Below are positions 10,192 to 20,779 of a DNA stretch of 64,000 nt, piece by piece. Both the position numbers and the translations under genes were made by a program. How positions within the stretch are numbered: the first letter of the stretch is position 1; each line of letters opens with the position of its first letter. The stretch is taken from NCBI GenBank assembly GCA_963705255.1, contig OY970061.1:224001-288000 (forward strand). Reading direction: 5' to 3'. Below the pieces are notes generated by a model. That model was not told the DNA's origin and made no database searches. It saw only the letters and a list, made by a program, of their open reading frames with translations. The stretch comes from an uncultured Methanoregulaceae archaeon. Its GTDB lineage: Archaea > Halobacteriota > Methanomicrobia > Methanomicrobiales > Methanospirillaceae.

Positions 10192-10707
10192 ATGACTTTT
10201 ACTATACGCGTTATCTCTCTCATCCTTATCATCGCTGTCCTTACGATCTCCGCGGGATGCACCCAGACACCCCGGAACGTCACCATAATACCGGTCTCAC
10301 CGACAGCACCCCCCTCACCGACAAAAGAGGATCTGGTTGCATTTGTGAAGGAAGCAGTTGCCTATGCAAAGGCCAACGGAAAAGAGAAAGCACTCGCCGA
10401 ATTCGACAAACGGAACGGCTCTTTTTTCAGAGGAGAGCTGTATATTTACGCGTATGACTACAACGGGACGACCATCGCGCACCCGGTGAACCCGGAAAAG
10501 ATCGGCGTGAACCGGCTCAACGAGACAGATGTATACGGCAACCTGTTCATAAAAAACCTCCGTGAAGCAGCCTATAACGGCAGCGGCTTTTCCGAATATT
10601 ATTACATCAATCCCCTGCACAACAACGCGATCGAGAAGAAACTCGGGTATGTGGAAAAAGTCGATGATTACTGGTGGCTCGGATCCGGTATCTACGCGGG
10701 ACCCTGA
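10192..10707 (+). CDS. Stand-alone single Cache-domain protein with lipoprotein-like signal
   Basis: ISAGCT lipobox-like end of signal peptide; FFRGELYIYAYDYNGTTIAHP and WLGSGIY Cache motifs. Confidence 0.85.
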   Translation: MTFTIRVISLILIIAVLTISAGCTQTPRNVTIIPVSPTAPPSPTKEDLVAFVKEAVAYAKANGKEKALAEFDKRNGSFFRGELYIYAYDYNGTTIAHPVNPEKIGVNRLNETDVYGNLFIKNLREAAYNGSGFSEYYYINPLHNNAIEKKLGYVEKVDDYWWLGSGIYAGP

Positions 10708-10863
10708 CGGGGAACGGTTTCCCTCACGGTGACCGCCGGGACCGAAGTTACCGGAATGATGGTCCGGGTGGCCGGGGGATCCGGACCGCGGGGAACATCC
10801 CCCGGATGACCCCAAACTTAAAAAACGCGCTCAGGGTATATTTCATCCGGAGAAAATATCTGT

Positions 10864-12174
10864 ATGGAAGCCAGGAGCGAGCGAAAAGGGGGAGTCCTGA
10901 TCTTTTTTGTGAGCGGGAGACTTGATGCCTTCGGTGCACAACAGCTGGATTCCTGGGCGCGTGAGGCGCTCAATGACGATGACCGGGAACTCGTGGTCGA
11001 CCTTTCCGGGTCAACGTATCTCAGCAGCGGCGGGATCCGGGTGTTCAACGGCCTGAAACGCGAGATGAAACGGAGGAACGGGCGGGTAGCCCTCTCTGCT
11101 GTCGGGGAGTACCCGAAAAAGGTACTGGACATGGCAGGGTTCACCACGGTCTTTGATCTGTTCCCGACTGCAGCCGAGGCGGTGGCCGATATCGTCAGAA
11201 AGCGCAGGAACCCGTCCCTCTTCAACGAGATCTTTTACAAGAACATCGTTGAGAACGGTGCCAGGTTCACCATCGAACCCGGGTGGATGACCGCCCCTCC
11301 GGTGCTCCGGGTGGTGGGGGATCTCAACAAAGTGCTGTACGCAAAAATATCGGAGGCCGATATCAGGAAAAAAAAGTTTTCCGAAGTCACGTATTCGCTG
11401 GGCCTGGGAGCACTTGGTGCGGATGTGAAGGAAGCGATGCCGCTCATGGGTGAGATGATCACCCTGTACGGATCGATGGTCTGGCTTCCCACGGATGGCA
11501 ATAATACGCCGGACTTCCTGACCCCCCTCGACGCGGCCAATGCCGATGTTCCGGTCTATACCGGTTACAATATCACCCTCGACGGTCCCTTCAACGAATA
11601 TTTCACGCTCGACACGACCGACCCCCGCGGCATCAGTATCACGGACATCTACCGTGCGGTCTTTTCCTCTGCGCACGGGCGCGTGGGCAGCTACCACGGC
11701 GTCATCGCACTCACCATCTGGGGGGTCCTCACCTCGCTCGCGAGTTCAGGCCTGAAGCGGGCACCGATCATCGGCGCAGGCCCTGAAAGTGGCGAATCCA
11801 TCATGGCACCGTCCCGGGTCCACGAGTGGATAGCATCCGATGCCGGGCATACCTATGCCGGTGACACGCTCGTCAGTTTCGGGATCGGGATCGACCTGAC
11901 CGGCGACCTCTCGTTCTTCAGGCCGGAAAGCCTCTCCTCGCTCTACTATGCCAACCCGCTGAATACCGGTGCGGCAAAACAGATGTACCTCCACAACCAC
12001 GGGGTGGTGTTCAGAAATGTCCCCTATGAGCCGACGCTCGACCTCAACACCCAGGTGAAAAAGATCGTGACCGATGGCGAGTTTGCCGACATGCGTCACC
12101 TGCTCGACAGCACCCGCCTGCGGAAGGCCAAGATCGGGGTCTCCTATATTCAGGATATCCTTCAGGAGCAATGA
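10864..12174 (+). CDS. STAS (anti-anti-sigma-like) domain fused to ~320-aa unknown domain
   Basis: SGRLDA, VVDLSGSTYLSSGGIRV, VLDMAGF STAS motifs in the first ~110 aa. Confidence 0.85.
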   Translation: MEARSERKGGVLIFFVSGRLDAFGAQQLDSWAREALNDDDRELVVDLSGSTYLSSGGIRVFNGLKREMKRRNGRVALSAVGEYPKKVLDMAGFTTVFDLFPTAAEAVADIVRKRRNPSLFNEIFYKNIVENGARFTIEPGWMTAPPVLRVVGDLNKVLYAKISEADIRKKKFSEVTYSLGLGALGADVKEAMPLMGEMITLYGSMVWLPTDGNNTPDFLTPLDAANADVPVYTGYNITLDGPFNEYFTLDTTDPRGISITDIYRAVFSSAHGRVGSYHGVIALTIWGVLTSLASSGLKRAPIIGAGPESGESIMAPSRVHEWIASDAGHTYAGDTLVSFGIGIDLTGDLSFFRPESLSSLYYANPLNTGAAKQMYLHNHGVVFRNVPYEPTLDLNTQVKKIVTDGEFADMRHLLDSTRLRKAKIGVSYIQDILQEQ

Positions 12175-12176
12175 TT

Positions 12177-12593
12177 TCAGGCGGTTTTCCGTTTGACCAG
12201 CACGAGGATATTTTTCCCGTTCTCGTGCCGGTACACGATCTCGTCCATGACCTGCCGGATCAGGAAGATGCCCAGCCCGCCGACCTGCCGCTCTTCGATG
12301 TCAGCGGTGAGATCCGGCTCGGGGAGCGAGAGCGGGTCGAAGGGGGGTGCCGCATCCTCGATCTGGACCTCGACAATCCCGCGGGTCGCCCGGCAGGTTA
12401 CCCCGATCTCGCCGCCCTGCTCCCGGTATCCGTGGACGATCACATTGGTTATCGCTTCCTCAACGGCCAGCTGAGTATCGAGGATATCTTCGTTGGCAAA
12501 AGAATGGTCGTGCATCAGTTCCTGCAGGGCAGATGAGACAACTGCAATCCCGGAGATCTCTGTCACGACGAGGTGCCTGGGGGATCGTTCCAT
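12177..12593 (-). CDS. RsbW/SpoIIAB-like anti-sigma factor Ser/Thr kinase (HATPase_c_2)
   Basis: LAVEEAITNVIVHGY, IEDAAPPFDP, GGLGIFLIRQVMD. Confidence 0.92.
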   Translation of the reverse strand: MERSPRHLVVTEISGIAVVSSALQELMHDHSFANEDILDTQLAVEEAITNVIVHGYREQGGEIGVTCRATRGIVEVQIEDAAPPFDPLSLPEPDLTADIEERQVGGLGIFLIRQVMDEIVYRHENGKNILVLVKRKTA

Positions 12594-12597
12594 GGTC

Positions 12598-12864
12598 TCA
12601 CACCACCACCCGTATGGCCATCGGGGTGATATCGTCGGACGGGGGAGGGTCTCCGCAGAACGCCTGGATGGATTTTAGGATCTTTGACATGTCATCCTTC
12701 ACGACCCGTGTGCGTGACCGGAGGATGATATGCGTTTTTATCGCGGGATGGCTGTCAGGGACTTCGGAGAAGAGCCTCCTGCATGTCAGGAGGTATGCCG
12801 CCACTACAATCACGCAGATGATCTGAAGATGGACAATCAACGAAGAGAGGATCGTGGCATCCAT
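12598..12864 (-). pseudogene. Internally deleted remnant of a membrane-anchored RsbU/SpoIIE-type PP2C phosphatase
   Basis: N-terminal TM start (ICVIVVAAYLLT) joined directly to a SpoIIE-type C-terminus (ILKSIQAFCGDPPPSDDITPMAIRV); only 88 codons. Confidence 0.7.
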
Positions 12865-13046
12865 AGCGTCTCCTATACGCATTGGATCCGGGTCATTTTA
12901 ATGTTCACGTAACCGCCATTCGGCACTGCCCGGCAACATCCTGCGGACATACCTGCGCTGTACAACCATGGATAGGATTATCTTTTTCAAACGCCGAAAT
13001 TCAAGAGAATATCCGGTTATCACTATCACCGAGAAGGGGAATTACC

Positions 13047-13379
13047 GTGGAAATTATACCAGCAATCCGCGATGGCACCACCGTCCTGTCCATCTCCGGG
13101 AGAATCGATACCGTGACCGCACCGGTGCTTGAACAGGCCATCAACCGGGAGATAGAGGGCGGACACAGAAAAGTCCTCCTGGACTTTTCCGCGGTCTCCT
13201 ACATCAGCAGCGGCGGCCTGCGGGTCCTCCTTGCGACCGCAAAGAAGCTCAAGGCCCCGGGTGACAGATTCGGCCTCTGCTGCCTTTCCGCAGAAGTCCT
13301 GAAGATCCTCAGACTCGCGGGATTCACCTCAATCTTTTCCATCTACCCTTCAGAGGGAGAAGCACGTGCCGGCTGGTAA
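13047..13379 (+). CDS. RsbV/SpoIIAA-like STAS anti-anti-sigma factor
   Basis: ISGRIDTVTAP, LLDFSAVSYISSGGLRVLL, ILRLAGF; GTG start. Confidence 0.92.
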   Translation: MEIIPAIRDGTTVLSISGRIDTVTAPVLEQAINREIEGGHRKVLLDFSAVSYISSGGLRVLLATAKKLKAPGDRFGLCCLSAEVLKILRLAGFTSIFSIYPSEGEARAGW

Positions 13380-15103
13380 CGACCAGCTCATCTCCCTTTC
13401 GTGGCAGCAGGTGCCCGGGACAGATGGTGCATCAATCTACCCCATCGTCAGGAAAATCGATACCATCTCTTCCAATTCGTACCTGATCGCCACACCCGAT
13501 GCAATCATCCTGATCGATCCGGGGGGGCTTCCTGAACAGGCAGAACAGCTGGCCTCGGTCATCGGAGAAATCCGGCAGGAACAGGATCGCCCGGTCATTG
13601 TCTTCCTCACGCATGCGCATATTGATCACTTTGCCGGCAGCCAGGACGTTCCCGCATTTGCTCACCCGGAGACCGTGATCTTTGCCGCCCATGAGACCGG
13701 CGCCGGAATACTTGGTCGCGGGGACTGCGGGTTTACCCAGGCAGACCTGCTCGGCCAGAAGGTCGTACCCATGAAGATCGGGTTCTCCCTCCTGACCGCG
13801 GACCGTTCCGGCCGGCCGGGAGTTCCGGTTGACCTCCATCTTGCCAACGGCGCCAGGGTCGCCGTGACCGATGACCGGATCGGGACAGGCGGGGTTGTGC
13901 TCCCCCGGGAGCGTATCGTATTCGGGCCCGGCCCCGCCCTTGAGATCCTCCATACCCCCGGTCACAGCCCGGACAGTATCTGCCTGCGGGTGGGCGGACT
14001 GCTTTTTATCGGGGATATTCTCTTTGCAGCAAATCCGGGAGTAGCCGGTATGCGCGGATGGGACCAGGCAGCCCTCATCCGCTCTCTTGACGGGATACTG
14101 GCACTCCTGTCCGGGGGCTGGGTTTCGTATGTCTGTCCCGGTCATGGCAGGGTAATTCCGCTGGATGACGCCATCCGGGTTCTCTCGGCCGTCAGAACCG
14201 ATGCCCTTGCCCTCGCAAATATTGCCGAACTCAACCGCGACCGGGCGGTGCAGACTGCGGCCTTTGCCGAAGACTGCATGGAGCAGGTGAACGAGCTCTT
14301 TACGGTCATGGCCGGACGCCTTTCCTTTGTCTCGTATGTCATGGAGGAGCTGGGCGAATCTGATGTGGCCGGACGGATGGAGTCCCTGATTAACAGCGAT
14401 ACCATTGATGAGCTCCTGAAAGCTTTTTCAGATTTTGCCGAGGAGCACCACCGGCATAACCGGGTCCCGGTACACCTTGCCCTCAAGGCTGCACAGGTCG
14501 TCATGAAACTTGAACGAGCGTTCAGAAAGGATGAGCTTTCACATATCATCGACCCGACCCTGGTCCAGAGAGCCGGCCGGCTGCTCTCAGATTATACGAC
14601 CATGATGCGGGGGTTCAGCCCGCCAGGCGAGTTGTCAGGATGTGACATCATTGCGCTCGTCGAGGCCCTCGTCACCGGGCTCTCCGTCTCCTCCTGCTCA
14701 GATGAGGAAGTTTTCAACTCAGACTGATGATGACGCAGCTTTCATGCAGATCCTCCTGGCACGGATCGGGACACGCCCGCTGCTTGAGGACGTTGCGTTC
14801 TCGATGGAACCGATGCAGGGCCCGCTCATGGCCTCCATAGACCGCGATCATTTCACCGATGTCCTTACGTATATTCTCGAAGATCTGGTCGGGACAGGGG
14901 CAGACCACATCGCAATAACTGTACAGCGTGATGGCCGGAACAGTGTCCTGACGGTTTCGGGTAAAGCAGGGCTCTTACCCACCGCAGAACAACGGAAAAC
15001 GTTCAGGTTTTTACGGGGGCTCTGTAACCGGGCCGGAGACTCCCTTGAGTATACAGGCAATAAAGAGATCCAGCAGTTCATGATCACAATCGGATTGATG
15101 TGA
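13366..15103 (+). CDS. MBL-fold metallo-hydrolase with C-terminal kinase-like extension, frameshift near 14722
   Basis: THAHIDH, HTPGHSPDS, GD, PGHG motifs; ORF 14642-15103 continues the protein after the shift. Confidence 0.8.
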
Positions 15104-15178
15104 TCCCTCCAAAAACCACCGTGTCTGCCCTGAAGACAATGTTTATCGGCTTGCCGGACCATCACCCGGATAACGGAG

Positions 15179-15592
15179 GTGCATACCGGCATGCAGGAAA
15201 CCAGTACTCTGGGGCTGACCCCCCTGCAGGAAGACGGGCTCAAGACCGCTCTTGAAAATACCTGCGAGCTCTGCCATGGGTACTTTCCATCCTCGTCCCT
15301 TGAACTTCACCGGATCAGCCGGCGGAATTACCGGGAGATGAACCGCGACGCCTCGACCCGGTTTCTGGTGGTATGCACGGACTGCCATGCCCATATCCAT
15401 GCACTGCCGGTCCCGGTTGCCCGGCAGCGGAAGATCGTCAGGAACCGTTCTTTCTTCAGCCAGCGGGACCTGAGGAAGATCCTTGGCTATGTCCCGAAAC
15501 GGTATGAACCTCCCCAATCGGTTGATCCTTCACAGGCATACGAAGAATATTTCGGGAATTGCCCGCAGGGGTCGTACAGGATGGGCGGGTGA
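15179..15592 (+). CDS. Small HNH-like zinc-binding protein
   Basis: CELC...LELHRI...VVCTDCHAHIH pattern. Confidence 0.6.
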   Translation: MHTGMQETSTLGLTPLQEDGLKTALENTCELCHGYFPSSSLELHRISRRNYREMNRDASTRFLVVCTDCHAHIHALPVPVARQRKIVRNRSFFSQRDLRKILGYVPKRYEPPQSVDPSQAYEEYFGNCPQGSYRMGG

Positions 15593-15845
15593 GATCCGCA
15601 GGCAGGGTGGAGAAACTACTTTCACCCTTCTCTGTCTCTCTCGGAAGATCGTGTTCCCGTATCAGCCTGCACCAAGGGATCCCGGGGATATTTTTGTCCA
15701 GGTCTCCCCGCCGGGCAGACAATGTCCCTTCCTGGAAACCCGGTACCGTAACATATAATGAGACAGCCGCACCTCATGTATGGGAAATGACGACCCCGGA
15801 TCAGCAAACGGATCTCCAGTCGGGAAACTAATCGGGAAAACCATC

Positions 15846-16655
15846 ATGAAAAGATCGCCCCTGCCCGGAGAAACTCCACACCTGCTGGAGTTTGAGAACA
15901 TCACGGTATTCCAAGGCACCAAAAAAGTCCTCGATAACCTTTCCATCACCGTGAGCGAAGGCGAACATCTGGCGATCCTCGGGCCCAATGGTGCCGGAAA
16001 ATCCTCGTTCATCAAGACCATCACCCGGGAGTTGTACCCCCTTGCAGACGAGAGGGGAAGTATCTTCAGGGTACGGGGACAGGAGGTCTGGGATGTCTTC
16101 GAGCTGAGGTCCTCCCTCGGCATCGTCTCAAACGATCTCCAGTCCGCCTTCACCCGCGAAATAACCGGCGAGGACGTCATCCTCTCCGGGTTTTTCTCCA
16201 GTGTCGGTCTCTTCAACCGCACACTCACTCCGGCGATGCACCGGAAAGCCGGGGAAGTCATCGATTTCCTTGAACTCGGGCACCTCATAGACCGCCAGAT
16301 GACTAGGATGTCATCGGGAGAATGCCGGCGGTTTCTGATCGGAAGGGCCCTTGTTCACGATCCGAAAACCCTTATCCTCGATGAGCCCACAACCAGCCTC
16401 GACCTGCACGCCCTCCATACGTTCCGCCAGACACTCAGGAAGATTGCACAGGGCGGGACCGGCATCATCCTCGTCACTCATCAGCTGCATGACATCATCC
16501 CCGAGGTCAAGCGGGTCGTGCTGATGAAAGAGGGAAGGTTCATCGGTGACGGGCCGAAACCTGCGATGCTGACTGAAGAAAAGATCGGGGGGCTGTTCCG
16601 GGTACCCGTCCGGATCAGGGAGGACTCGGGGTATTATTACACGCTGGGCTACTGA
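15846..16655 (+). CDS. ABC transporter ATP-binding protein (ModF-like)
   Basis: GPNGAGKS, MSSGE, ILDEP, VTH. Confidence 0.9.
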   Translation: MKRSPLPGETPHLLEFENITVFQGTKKVLDNLSITVSEGEHLAILGPNGAGKSSFIKTITRELYPLADERGSIFRVRGQEVWDVFELRSSLGIVSNDLQSAFTREITGEDVILSGFFSSVGLFNRTLTPAMHRKAGEVIDFLELGHLIDRQMTRMSSGECRRFLIGRALVHDPKTLILDEPTTSLDLHALHTFRQTLRKIAQGGTGIILVTHQLHDIIPEVKRVVLMKEGRFIGDGPKPAMLTEEKIGGLFRVPVRIREDSGYYYTLGY

Positions 16656-16732
16656 TCTTTCAGGTGAGAAACCCGATCGATACAAACCCTCATATCCCTT
16701 GAAAGCAAGGTGTCCTGTCTGAGGATGATCGT

Positions 16733-17212
16733 ATGAACCAGGTACCGATAATCCAACCCGGGGAAAAGGCGAAAAACTTCTCGCTGAAAGATCACGAGGA
16801 CAAGACGTTTGGCCTGTACGAGCATATGGGCCGGAGGGTTCTCCTCTCCTTCCACCCGCTCGCGTGGACTCCTGTCTGCGCCGCCCAGATGAAGTCCCTT
16901 GAGGAGAACAGGGAGCGGTTCGACCAGCTCAACACCGATGCGGTTGGTCTCAGTGTGGACTCGATCCCCTGCAAGAAGGCCTGGGCCGGGACGCTCGGCA
17001 TCGCCCACACCCCGCTTCTCTGCGATTTCTGGCCGCACGGGAACGTTGCCGCCCAGTACGGACTTTTCCGGGAAGCCAACGGCTTTTCCGAGCGGGCAAA
17101 TGTCATAGTCGACGAACACCTGAATATCGTGTTCGTCAAGGTATACCCCCTCCACATAGTCCCCGATATCATCGAAGTCATCGGGTTCATCGAAAGGCTG
17201 GGAAAAAAATAA
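16733..17212 (+). CDS. Peroxiredoxin (AhpC/TSA, AhpE-like)
   Basis: FHPLAWTPVC peroxidatic motif, DFWPHG, ERA. Confidence 0.9.
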   Translation: MNQVPIIQPGEKAKNFSLKDHEDKTFGLYEHMGRRVLLSFHPLAWTPVCAAQMKSLEENRERFDQLNTDAVGLSVDSIPCKKAWAGTLGIAHTPLLCDFWPHGNVAAQYGLFREANGFSERANVIVDEHLNIVFVKVYPLHIVPDIIEVIGFIERLGKK

Positions 17213-17349
17213 TGATCTTACCCAACCGGGTAGTGTTGTCCCCAGGCAACAGCCCGGGGCGCAACAGTCCTTTTTGCAGATCGAAGTGCTCTTTACCTCC
17301 AACGCCACATCTTTTATCCTGTAAGAAGCGATGACGGGAGAAGGATGCC

Positions 17350-19938
17350 TTGACAGCACCGGTGCAGGAAAAAGAACCCGGTCCGGGGGTGCAGTTCCAT
17401 CTCATGCCGGAACAGGACCTGTTTCCGGCCCTTGATTCATCTGTGACCGGCCTCTCGACCGGGCAGGCGGCGAGCCCACCGGGAACGTTCCGGCCCGAAT
17501 GATATATCGCATATCAGGAGAAGGCCGGTCATCCTCCAGTTCCTTGAACATTTCAAGAACCTCCTCGTTATCATCCTCCTCTTTGCCGCCACGATATCCG
17601 TATTTGTCGGGGATATCACCGATGCTGCCATTATTTTTATCATCGTTATTGCAAGTGTAACCCTGGACTTTTTCCAGGAATACAAGGCGGAAAATGCGGC
17701 GGAACTGCTCAGGCAGAAGATACTCACGAAGGCTTCTGTTGTACGGGACGGGAAACAGGAAGAACTTCCGATCATCGATCTTGTGCCGGGAGATATCGTG
17801 CATCTTGCCGCAGGCGATATTGTCCCAGCTGATGCCCGAGTCCTGGCATCACGGACTTTTATGTCAACCAGTCGGCACTGACCGGTGAGCCGTTCCCGGT
17901 GGCAAAAAATGCCGGCCTGGCAGATCCCGGCAAGCCTCTCGCTGAGGCAGGCAATTACATCTTTCTCGGAACGTCGGTTGTCAGCGGTACTGCAACAGCC
18001 ATTATTACCAGGACCGGTGCGTCAACTGAGTTTGGCAAAGTGGCAAAGACCCTCGTGGAGCGCCCGCCGGAGACCGAGTTCGAACGGGGGCTGAAACAGT
18101 TCAGCTTCCTGATGTCGCAGTTTGTCTTTTTCCTCGTCATCATCGTCTTTTTTATCAATGCCATGTTCCGGCACGGGGTCCTGGAATCCCTGTTGTTCTC
18201 TGTCGCGCTTGCCGTCGGGATGACACCGGAACTGCTTCCCATGATACTCTCCCTCAACCTGTCGAAAGGTGCGCTGGCGATGTCGGAGAAGGGCGCGATC
18301 GTTAAGCATCCGGAGTCCATCCAGAATTTCGGGAGCATGGACATCCTCTGCACCGACAAGACCGGGACCCTCACGCAGAACCAGATCGTGATGGTAAGGC
18401 ACCTCGACATCGATGGAAATGACAGCGAGAATGTCCTGCTCTTCTCCTATGTCAACAGCTACTTCCATTCCGGGCTCAAAAGCCCTCTTGACGATGCCGT
18501 TGTCCAGTTCCGGCACATCGATATCGACGACTACCGCAAGATAGACGAGATACCTTTTGACTTCGTCCGCAAGCGGGTCTCCGTCATCGCCTCCCGGAAG
18601 TCCGATACGGTCATCGTTTCGAAAGGCGCACCGGAAGAGATCCTGCGCATCTGCTCCTTTGTCGACCGCGAAGGAAAGGTCGAAGTCCTGACCGATGCCG
18701 GCAGGGAGAAGATCAATGCAATCTACTCTGCCCAGAGCAAGGAGGGGTTCCGGACGCTGGCAGTCTGCTACCGGACGGTTGCCGCTGACCAGAAGGCTTT
18801 TTCAGTAAGCGACGAAAAAGAGATGGTTCTTGTCGGCCTGATCACGTTCATCGACCCTCCCAAGGAAAGTGCGGGAGAATCCGTGCGGTTCCTCGCCCGT
18901 TCCGGTGTTGAACTGAAGATTCTTACCGGGGACAACGAACTGGTCACCCGTAAGACCTGCGAACTCATCGGCCTCGAGATCAAGGGGACCCTTACCGGTT
19001 CCGAGATCGAGACGATGGACGTCCAGACCCTTTCGCGGGTGGTCGGGAATGTCACGATATTCTCGAGGCTGACACCGGCACAGAAGAACCGGGTCATGAA
19101 GGCTCTCAGGCAGAACGGCCATGTCGTCGGGTTCATGGGTGATGGCATCAACGACGCCCCGTCAATCCGGGAAGCGGATGTCGGCATATCTGTTGAGAAC
19201 GCTGTGGATATAGCCAAAGAATCTGCCGATATCATCCTGGTAAAGAACGACCTCCGTATCCTCAACGACGGGGTGCTTGAAGGCAGGAAGACGTTCGGGA
19301 ACACGATGAAATATATCCTGATGGGCACGAGTTCCAATTTCGGGAACATGTTTTCTGTCGCAGGTGCTTCCCTGTTTCTGCCCTTCCTCCCGATGCTCCC
19401 CGTCCAGATCCTGCTCAACAACCTCCTGTACGATGTCTCCGAGGCAACGATCCCGACCGACAACGTCGATGCATCCTATGCCAGCACGCCAAAGAAATGG
19501 GACATCGGGTTCATCAGGAAATTCATCATGATATTCGGCCCGATCAGTTCGGTCTTCGATTTCATCACATTCTTCATCCTCCTGTTTGTTTTCCAGGCCG
19601 ATGCATCGCTCTTCCAGACTGCCTGGTTCATTGAATCGATCTGCACCCAGACCCTGGTGATCTTTGTCATCAGGACACGGGTCGTCCCGTTCTATGCGAG
19701 CAGGCCGAGCAGGGCCCTCCTCGCAAGCACGATACTTATCGTGCTCCTGGCATGCGCTCTGCCCTTCACGGTGATCGGGAGCTTATTCGGTTTTGTCCGG
19801 CCACCGCTCATCTTCTTCGGTGTACTGGGAGGCCTGATCATCGGGTACCTGGCCATTGTCGAACTGGTGAAGATCTGGTTCTACCGGCAGTATGTCCCTG
19901 TTCCCGATCAGAAGGTACGGAATCCTTCGGGCCCGTGA
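17350..19938 (+). CDS. mgtA: Mg2+-translocating P-type ATPase, frameshifts near 17480 and 17853
   Basis: SALTGE, TPELLP, DKTGTLT, GDGINDAP, SSNFGNMFS (MgtA signature); N-terminal part readable in neighbouring frames. Confidence 0.85.
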
Positions 19939-20040
19939 ATTTTTCCGCGTGAACGTTCACCGGTCCGGTACCTTCTGCCGCCCCATGCCCCACTGTCACG
20001 ATGCAATAGTTGATAAGATCCTGTGGACAGTAATCTTTCG

Positions 20041-20733
20041 ATGGACCGGAAAACTGGTTTAATAATCGTGATCATCCTGATTGTTGCTGCACTGGCCGCC
20101 GTTATTATTATTACCGGGCAGAATAGCCTGCAGGGGAATGCGGGTGGACCGACGACACTGCCAGCGGTGGAGGTGCGGTCGTATCAGGGAAAAGACCTCT
20201 CATCGATCAATGATTTCCATGAAAATTCCATCAATGGTCCCCAGCACATCAACATCACCGATTACCGCCTGACAGTTACGGGCCTGACAAACACGACACT
20301 CATGTATACCTATGCCGACATCCTCGGGAAATATCCCCACTATACCAAGGTGGTCACCCTCCACTGTGTCGAGGGCTGGGACGCCACTATCCTCTGGGAA
20401 GGTGTGCAGGTCCGGGACCTTATCCGGGATGCCGGAGTCCGCCCGGGCGCAAATACCATTGTCTTCACGGCACATGACGGGTACACGACCTCTTTTGCGC
20501 TCGACTATATCATGAACCGCGATATCATCATGGCCTACCGTATGAACAACGTCACGCTCCCGGCAGAACGGGGCTATCCCTTCGAGCTGGTGGCCGAAGA
20601 CAAATGGGGATACAAGTGGATCAAGTGGATCGAGAAGGTCGAGCTGACCGATAACCCTGACTACCGCGGTTACTGGGAACAGCGGGGGTACTCGAACTCC
20701 GGTGACCTGAATAAAAGTTTTTCCGGTGACTGA
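20041..20733 (+). CDS. Membrane-anchored molybdopterin oxidoreductase (sulfite oxidase/MsrP-like)
   Basis: LHCVEGW, RGYPFELV, WGYKWIKWI, GYWEQRGY. Confidence 0.88.
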   Translation: MDRKTGLIIVIILIVAALAAVIIITGQNSLQGNAGGPTTLPAVEVRSYQGKDLSSINDFHENSINGPQHINITDYRLTVTGLTNTTLMYTYADILGKYPHYTKVVTLHCVEGWDATILWEGVQVRDLIRDAGVRPGANTIVFTAHDGYTTSFALDYIMNRDIIMAYRMNNVTLPAERGYPFELVAEDKWGYKWIKWIEKVELTDNPDYRGYWEQRGYSNSGDLNKSFSGD

Positions 20734-20741
20734 ATCCTGCA

Positions 20742-20779
20742 GGAGGGAATGCGGGTGATCCCGCATCCCTCCCATTTTT
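20742..20779 (+). terminator. GC-rich hairpin followed by T-run after the oxidoreductase gene
   Basis: GGAGGG-A-ATGCGGG-tgat-CCCGCAT-CCCTCC then CATTTTT. Confidence 0.55.
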
